A stretch of 64,000 nucleotides of DNA from assembly GCA_036785375.1 (NCBI GenBank), contig JAWMAR010000003.1, positions 23,560,001-23,624,000 of the forward strand, in the 5' to 3' direction. The notes under the pieces are model-generated. The model had not been told where the DNA came from and searched no databases. It saw nothing but the letters and a program-made list of their open reading frames with translations. Source of the stretch: Leucoraja ocellata. Its lineage: Eukaryota. Below, one piece after another: positions 53,501 to 62,500 of the stretch; position 1 is the first letter of the stretch; every line of letters begins with the position of its first letter. The position numbers and the translations under genes were made by a program.

Positions 53501-56500
53501 GCCTATTTCCTTCGCTCCATAGATGCTGCCTCACCCGCTGAGTTTCTCCAGCGCTTTTGTCTACCCCCATCTATCCCGTACTGAACCCCCCCATTCAACA
53601 CCACTGACATCCCCTGTGCTCTCCCCTCACAATTTTACCTACTCCAACCACCACGTACTAATTCACCTGCCTCAATCCATCCATTCTGCACCGACTGCCT
53701 TCTAACCCCCCCACCCCCGCCATCTATTCACCCCGCACTGATTCACACACACCCCCCTCCCTGACCCTTTTGTGCTGGAAATGTCTTCAGAGCGAACATT
53801 GACTATGTTTGATAACGGAATGCAATCAAATGTGTTTTAATTCCCAATGTTATTATTTGTTTTAGTCCATAAAGATGGATTAATTATATTGTGAACACGT
53901 GAAACATTAAAACGACAGTGTTCGATTGTCACTGCTGCCGTTGACACGTTATTACAGAATTCATTTTAACGGCAAATCAGTGCTCTTAATATGGAGTATT
54001 AGTACTGTAGTTATTTAATGAGCAACATTCACAACTATACGTTGGATTTATCCAGGTTTTACTTCAACAGTCGATCATATACAGCACAACTTTGGTCAGG
54101 AGATATTTCAGTTGAAATTTTAACGTTAATTCTGAAGTGGGAATAATGAAAACAGCGTTTATCAATAATTTTTTTTAATCTGGTGCTTACAAACTGGGTA
54201 TCTTCATTGCTGTTCACAACACGTACATCTAATCTGAATGTCTGGTAATGTGGCGTCTTGACACCTTTAAATATATTACCAAAAGAACATTTGCTGCAGT
54301 TATGTACTTTGGCCTTCTCTTGTCACCGCTTCCTGTAAGGAACTTACTGTCTCCACCTCTTCCTTTCCTTCCCACTCCCCCACCACCCATCGACATCAGT
54401 CTAAAGAAGGGTCTCGACCCGAAACGTCGCCTATTCCTTCTCTCCATAGATGCTGCCTCATCCGCTGAGTTTCTCCAGCATTTTTGTCTACCTCCGATTT
54501 TTCCAGCATCTGCAGTTCTTTCTTAAACAATTAATTTACTCAGGCGAAACATTTGAGCAATAGAGGGTGAAAGCAAATGCTAATCATGGAACGTTGGTTC
54601 TAATTCATAATGGATCTCGAAGCTACGATAGAATCTACTTTCAAATTATAATGCATGATGAGCAATCAGTTGGTGAGAATTTTTTACTTTCTTATTCTGT
54701 ATGTTCTACTTACTTGCTTCCAATCTTTACCACCAGATTGGGATCATCAATGATTCCTGGATTCACTGCAAACTCTTGATATGATATAGAACGCCTCATA
54801 AATTGTTCTGCAAGAATATAAACATTAGTATATTAAGCTTTTTAACACAATGGTGAAATCGCAATACATTAAGATAATTTAGTCTATCTTTATTCATCCA
54901 TCCAAAAAAAATTCAAGGTTCTTGTTATTAAATTGTTTCTTAAAACATCCAAAGGTTCTATATCCAAGTTATTCTATTCCACATTGTGTGAACAGCTTTC
55001 TGATATCGGTGCTTTTCAATATTTTTTACCATTTATACTCAATTTTAGGCAGAGCGACATTGTGGAGTTAAGCTCCTTCAGAAACTGGGTTGAGCATGCC
55101 AAACTCCTTAAAATAAAATTCTGCTTTCTCATCAGCCTCAGTCTCAACAAAATGAGAAAATATCATTTGAATTACTGCATACATTTTTACTGCAAACCCA
55201 ATATAATCTGTCATATACTGTGCCCGTTGGGTTTAATTTCTTGAGGGACGTGAATAATGGCAGGAAAAACCTACAAAATAAATCTCTGAAATTTCCTCCT
55301 TATCCCCCATAGTAATTAATGAAAACCTCAATCCAACAGCACAAACTACCCTTCAAGCCGGAACAGCTGCACTCCACAGATGTTTCTGTAATCTCAGCAT
55401 CAGAGGATCTACATTGCATTATTAATATCTGTGCATATTCTTATAATCTTAAGTATGTTCTTAACCATATATTCTGAAGAAGGGTCTCGACCCAAAACGT
55501 CACCCATTCCTTCTCTCCAGAGATGCTGCCTGTCCCGCTGAGTTACTCCAGCATTTTGTGTCTACCTTCGATTTAAACCAGCATCTGCAGTTCTTTCCTA
55601 CACCTAACTATATATCCTTCTGGCCTTTCAATGTCAGTTAACCAGTTTGACGCGGGCCTCTTCCACACATATCATGTGAAGTGATCCTCTAATTAAGGAG
55701 AATTATGCAGTAGATAACCCATTTAGAACAAAAACATCTATGGAAAGTATACAAATTAATTTTTGTAAAAGCCAGACAAATGTAGGGGGTTGCAACTTGA
55801 AATATAACCAAAATAAAACAACTTGGGGGCTTGTCACTTGAAATATTTCCAAGCGGAAATAATCTGCATCTGATTCCTTAAATGCTGTTATTCAAGTCAT
55901 CAACCAGGCCATGTAGCTCAATGGTTGTTACTAAACTGGACTATTGATCAAAGGCACAAATTCAAAGCACATCTAACAGTTGGGCATTTAAATAAGCGAG
56001 TTCGGTATTCTGAAAAATGCAAGGAATCATGGGATTTTTCCAAAGGTCATTCGAGAATTTAAAAAAGTGCCTGGTAGCAGGGAGAGCAGGGTGTAACAGC
56101 AAGAGAGGGGGCAGATGCGAGTGGGATACGGGGGGAGAGAGTGGACCGGCGGAGAGATGGTGAGAGGTGGGGGAGAGAGAAGGGAGGGGTGAAAGACGTG
56201 CGTCGGGAGACAAGATAGAGAGGTTTCAGTTAGACAGATAACCACTGGTAAAGCCATGATTCGTTGCTTCTAGGTGAGTCGAGAAAATGTCCTCAATCGA
56301 GAGAATGCAACTTCAGAACCCCTTTGTCTCGACCGCGCTGGAGATTTCCGCAAGGTGCAAGGAACAAATGACATAAAGTTTGCGTTGAGTGAACAGAAAG
56401 CTCTCACCGTCCTCGTCGTACACCAGCGTTTTGTGAGAATGGTTGAACCCCATTTTCAGCTCAGCCAACGTCAGTCACATTATCCGGACAGACGGGGGAT

Positions 56501-59500
56501 CAGGAGCTGATGCGAGGCATCGGCGATCTTCTGGAATCCTATCCGGCCGGCAAGCAGCGGGATCGAGAGGTCAGCGCCCGACAGGTGTGAGGCCCGCAGT
56601 AGCTGGTGCCTCTCCGCACGCCGCTGGAAGAACTGACACCTCTACTCCCCGGGTCGGGCACTGCCTCCTCGACCCCGCTGTTCGGCAGCGGCCGACTAGG
56701 ATTCCAGAGCATCGCCGATGCCTCATCTTAGCTCCTGGTTCCCCGCCGCTTGTCCAGATAATGTGGCCGACGTTGGTTGCGCTGAAGCTGAGATCCAACC
56801 ACTCTCACAAAACGCCGGTCGAGGACGAGGACGGTAAGAACACTCAGTTTAATCAATGTAAACTTTAGGTAATTTGTTCCTTGCAACGGCGCAAAAGGCT
56901 AATGTATAGGAAGTCTGAAGGAGGGTCTTCTATCCAGAGGCCCGCGGACGGGAGTGTCGGCCCAGGCCGGTAGCCAGCGCGGAGGGGAGGCGCCGGACCC
57001 AGCTCGACTCTTGCCTGTCCCACGGCGGGACGGGCGGGTTGAGCTGGAGTCGGTGCCTCTTTTCCGCGCTGCCTGCATCACCGCTGCGACGAGCCTGTGC
57101 CCCGCCGGGACAGGTAGAGCTGAGCTGGAGCCGGCGCCAACCCTCCCCCCCCCCCCCCCCCCCCCCCCGCCGGACGGGGCGGCCGGCCCAGGGCCGCTCC
57201 GGACGTCGGCCACCCACGGACTGGACACTCGGGAGTGGACGGGGTCGAGGGCGGCCCAGCGACTGCTGGTTAAGGACGAGACGCAGGTCTGCACCCACGC
57301 AGCAGAACAGCCGTAGAGTGTGTTTATCCTGAGCGACCCATGACCTGTGCATCCGCAGTCAGAATACCAAACTGGCTTATTCAAGGAATTAAATAAACCA
57401 TGAACACAATGGAAGGACTAGCAAGGATATCAATAAACTGACAGTTTATGTAAAAATCCCATTTTATTTGCTATCGTCTCCTAGAGGGAAAACAATTCTT
57501 CTTAACTGCTTTGGCCTGTATGCAACTCCAGGCCTACCAAAGTCATGAACCAGTAAGTAGAATTAACCAGCAAGCTGGTAGATGGAGTGAATGGCATCCT
57601 CACATCAGGGCTCGAAAATTAACGGTTGCCCGGTTGCCAATGGCCACCTAAAGTCCCGCCGGGCAACCTAAAAGCCGTGTCATTTAGCCCGGCTTGGCCC
57701 CACTCTCTATCTCTCTCTCTCTCTCTCTCTGTCACTCTCCGTCTCCGCCCGCCATCCGTGTCCAGGCCACCATGTCTCCACTCCCCGGCCGCTCCTCATC
57801 CGCCGGCACGGCCAGCCGCCTTGCACATGCACACTGCCACAGCCAGCACATCATCGTCCGCCCTGCACATGCACACTGCCATGGCCACTGATCGGTGCCA
57901 GTCACTTTCTCCATCCCTTTGCATTGTGGGAGATCTGGACGCCATTGCTGTCCGGTCGCCGCCTCACCGCGACCGCTGAAACCCAACGCAGAATCACTCC
58001 CTGGAACTGGAGTAACTCCCTGGAATAACTTGCTTCTTGGTTTCCCGGTTCTCCAAAAATATTCCAAATGGAATTTAAACTGGAGGTGGTGGAGGGTGGA
58101 CTTAAGCAAAAATGGGTTCTTGGGGAAAAAAGAGCTATCTTAAATTTAGTTGCGTCTGGTGGCGTAACTATGGTAGGGTGAAGACTATTCCATGCTTTAA
58201 TTATGCGGGAGAACTCCATGGAGCAGCCAGCATCTCTGGATAGAAGAAATTGTGTGACGTTTCAGGTAGAGACCCTTCTTTAGACTCCCTCTGGTTTTAG
58301 TGTTTTTAGTTTAATTTAAAGATACAGCGCAGGCCCTTTGGCCCACCGAGTCCACGCCGACCACCAATCACCCGTACACTAGTCCGATGATAGACACAAA
58401 AAGCTGGAGTAACTCAACAGGTCAGACAGAATCTCTGGACAAAAGGACAATATTACATTTTGGGTTGGGTCTGAAATAGGTTCCTGCACACCTTTGGAAT
58501 GTGGAAGGAAACAAGAGCACTCGGAGAAAACCCATGCGATCAAAGGGAAAAGGGGCAAACTAGATACAGACAGCACCCTTATTCAGAATCAATTCCGGGT
58601 CTCTGGCACTTTTAGGCAGCAACTTTATGGCTAATGTACTGCCCCATAGTTTTGAACTGAATTAAAACATACAGTAGCTGTAATGGGGGACATAGCGTGA
58701 CTTAGAGATTTAAGACTGAAAATTGATATTATTTTAGTAATTGAATTTATCAACGTATAATTTTTTGTGTGTTGGAAAACAAAATATAGTGGCACAGCTG
58801 GTAGACTTGCTGCCTTACACGCCAGAGATCTGTGTTCGATCCTGTCCTCGGGCACTGTCTGTGTTGAATTTGCACATTCTCCCTGCAAGCGTGTGGGTTT
58901 ACTCCCACATCCCAAAGATGCATTGGCTTTGTAGGTTAACTTGTCTCTGTAAAATTGCCCCTAATGTGTAGGGAGTGGGTGAGGAAGGTGGGATAACAGA
59001 ACTTGTGTGAATGGGTGGTAGACAAAAAAGCTGGAAAAAATCAGCGGGTGAGGCAGCATCTATGGAGCGAAGGAATAGGTGACGTTTCGGGTCGAGACCC
59101 TTCTTCAGACTGATGTCGGGGGGTGTGGGACGAAGAAAGGAAGAGGCGGAGAGAGTAGGCTGTGGGAGAGCTAGGAATGGGAGGGGAAGGAGGGAGAAAG
59201 CAAGGACTACCTGAAATTGGAGAAGCCAATGTTCATACTGCTGGGGTGTAAACTACCCAAGCGAAATATGAGGTGCTGTTCCTCCAATTTGTGGTGGACC
59301 TCACTCTGGCCATGGAGGAGGCATAGGACAGAACGGTCGGATTCGTAATCGGAGGGGGAGTTGAAGTGCTGAACCACCGGGAGATCAGGTTGGTTATTGC
59401 GAACTGAGTGGAGGTGTTGTGCAAAGCGATCGCCAAGCCTGCGCTTGGTCTCACCGAGGTTGATCATACGCTGAATGATCCAACCACATTTTTGTTTGGA

Positions 59501-62500
59501 AGTAGAAAGAAATAATAGAAATTGCATTCATTGCAACGTGTAAAAAGAGTTGAGATACTGTATTGTAATTTTGCTATATTGTGGTATATATCATGTCTTG
59601 ATTGGTGAATATGTTTAGTTTGTGACTTTATTTGAAGCAGAAATAATATGCGAATGCTTCATTGAGCATAATTCAGACTGGTAACAACGCACTTCGTCCG
59701 AGCACATTATCGTACGCATCAGCAAACCGTTTTAAATTACCACCTAAACTGTCATTTGGCAACTTAAAATGTTGCCTCGGTTGCCCGGCTAGCAACAGTG
59801 AAAAAAAAGTTAAGTGAGAGCCCTGCACATGCACAAAAGTCAACAATTCACAGGCTCCGACACAAACTTACTTCTGTAAAATCAAGTTACAACTAGTGGC
59901 AGTTGGCACCCCACATTGGTTCATCTAACATTTCTGCAATTACACATTTAACAGAACTGGCCTGACAATATTTCAGTGGCAAACAAAGGAATAGACCTTA
60001 AAAGTATTACCATTTGTTATTTCTTTGTAGTCATTTAGCCCACCACAGAGTGAAATAGCAATAGTTGGCAAGTCCCCAAGAGTGTCATAGAAGCTGTCAA
60101 CACCACTATCCACTCCAGAGCTTCCTACTGACTGTGGTGACAGACTTTCCGAATGTACTTCATGTTCTGACCAGTTTCGACCAGCTGCATTGTTTTCACT
60201 GCAGAATAAATAATTACAGTATTTATAGTATTATAGTATATCAGAACTATTATAGTATTTCAGAACATTTACACTATGATTGAGCGAACAAAAGAATATT
60301 TATGCATTCATTTCAGTTACCATTTTGGAAAATAAAGCGCTGCAACTTTGGGGTTCATCTCCGTGATATCATCCAGGTAGACACCATCAGCACCCAGGTG
60401 GCAACTTCGTTTATCTTGGAACGAGCAAAGAAACAAAGAACAATTACGGGCTTAAGTTTCACCACAACTAAACCAGCGCTCATCATCAATTGGAAGTTGC
60501 GCACAAATTTAAAACTTTAACTACCAAAATACTTTTAAATAAACAGACTATTTTCCCCAACTTGAATATTATATCAGCTTCTATGAAACATATCTTGGCA
60601 GACTAGTGCAGATGTAAGCTCACTTCATTAAGTGGTCTCAGCCCTCAGACACCCAGCTAACTGAACATAATAATTAAACATTCTGATTATCTGCACTTTC
60701 CCCAGCACCAACCCAGTATGTTTAGCCAAACAGATAGGTTTGCAGAAGAACAACATATTTTGTAAATATACTCATTGAGCAGTGGAAAAAGAGAAAGGAG
60801 ATAATAGAGATCTTTTGATCAGGAAATAAAGATATAAAATTGTACTCTGATGTGGGAGCTGCACAACAACGTAAAACATTGCAACACTGTCCAAAAATAA
60901 TTAACAGGGCCTAGAGCTGGCTGCAAAATGCCTTTGTGATTAAACACCAACAAGTCACCGAAGAACATTATTCACATTTCAACGGTATCACCAGATTATG
61001 TGGCATTTCACCTGCTCTACTGAAACAGTGCCCTCCATAATGTCTGGGACAAAGACCCATCATTTATCTATTTACCTCTGTATTCCACAATTTGAGATTT
61101 GTAATAGAAAAAAAATCACATGTGGTTAAAGTGCATGTTGTCAGATTTCATTAAAGGCCATTTTTATACATTTTGCTTTCACCATGTAGAAATTACAGCT
61201 GTGTTTATACATAGTCCCTGCAATTTCAGGGCACTATGTTTGGGACACAGCAATGTCATGTAAATGAAAGTAGACTAGTATTTTGTTGCATATCCTTTGC
61301 ATGCAATGACTGCTTGAAGTCTGCGATTCATGGACATCACGGGTTGCTGTGTGTCGTCTCTGGTGATGATCTGCCAGGCCTGTATTGCAGCCATCTTTAG
61401 CTTATGTTTGTTTTGGGGGCTAGTCCCCTTCAGTTTTCTCTTCAGCATATAAAAGGCATGCTCAATTGGGTTCAGATTGGGTGATTGACTTGGTCACTCA
61501 AGAATTGACCATTATTTAGCTTTGAAAAACTCTGTAGTTTTAGCAGTATGTTTGGGTTCATTGTCTTGCTGTAGAACAAGAGTTCCCAACCGGGTAAATT
61601 TTCCCCCAGAGGTTAAATTTCAGCTACCCAGGGGGTAAATTTGTTGTTTCTGGATCTGCGCATATTTTTTCCCCACTGGCTGACTGTGTTTGGTTCTGGT
61701 ATACCAGTATCTGTTCATCATTAGCTGTTCATAAATAAGTGAAATAACATTTTTATGCGCCATTAAAGTTGCCTGGGGTAAACGGGACGTAAAAGGTTTG
61801 GAACCCTGCAGTAGAATGAACCGTCAGCCAATGAGCTTTGGCATTTGTTTGAACTTGAGCAGATAGGATGTGTCTATGCACTTCATTATGCTATTACCAT
61901 CAGCAGTTGTATCATCAATGACGATATGTGAGCCTGTACCTTCAGCAGCCATACATGCCCAGGCCATAACACCCCACCATCGTGTTTCCCGACGGTTCGC
62001 GCGGTCAGAAGGCTTCCCAACGGCAGCGGCTATGGACTGGGAACGCAGCCGTAAGCCTTTATCGAGGCACTGCAGTCTCGTTGCCTCCAGGATCTCCGTG
62101 TAGAAGCCCTGGTCGGAGCCCGGCCGGGGCCTCATGGGTAGAAGCCTAGGTCGGGCGAAGCGGCCGACAGACCCCGCACCTGGAGTCCAGGTCGGCACCA
62201 TGGAGGCGTGAAATGGAGCAGTGAAGCCTCTCGACAATGACGCCTCGGCGGCGGCAATGACTCGCGGGTTGACCCGCGGTCGATGAGAGCGTGGAGAACC
62301 ACCGTGAGGGGGGAGGGGAAGAACAATGGAGGACCCGGCATGGGGGGGGGGACAGCCGTGAGGGGAGAGGGGAAGAATGGACAATGGGGGGACAAAGGAC
62401 AATGGGGACCCGGCGTGGGGGACTGCTGTGGTGGGGAGTGGGGGGGAGGGGGGACAAAAAGGGGGAGCCAGCGTGCTTTGTAACTTTGTTAGCGCTGCAG

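Larger units (their letters stand above)
57606..59825. mobile_element. Non-autonomous hAT-like (hAT5-type) DNA transposon with nested SINE and Penelope insertions
   Basis: Ends CAGGGCTC / GAGCCCTG with subterminal GGTTGCCCGG repeats; 5-bp duplication CACAT at 57601-05 and 59826-30. Confidence 0.75.

Noticed and set aside
53080-53760. Regularly recurring CCCATCYATCCYGTACT units, superficially array- or CRISPR-like
   Set aside because: Degenerate C-rich minisatellite with no unique spacers, inside a eukaryotic TE
54990-55110. Minus-strand [12 protein letters not shown] resembling the lipin DLPSIAISLC motif
   Set aside because: The true exon is at 60011-60198; this stretch hits a stop quickly and lacks splice support
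56274-58143. CpG-island-like region with several ORFs, possibly an internal promoter or gene
   Set aside because: CpG richness is confined to transposon interiors; mirrored ORFs arise from the palindrome
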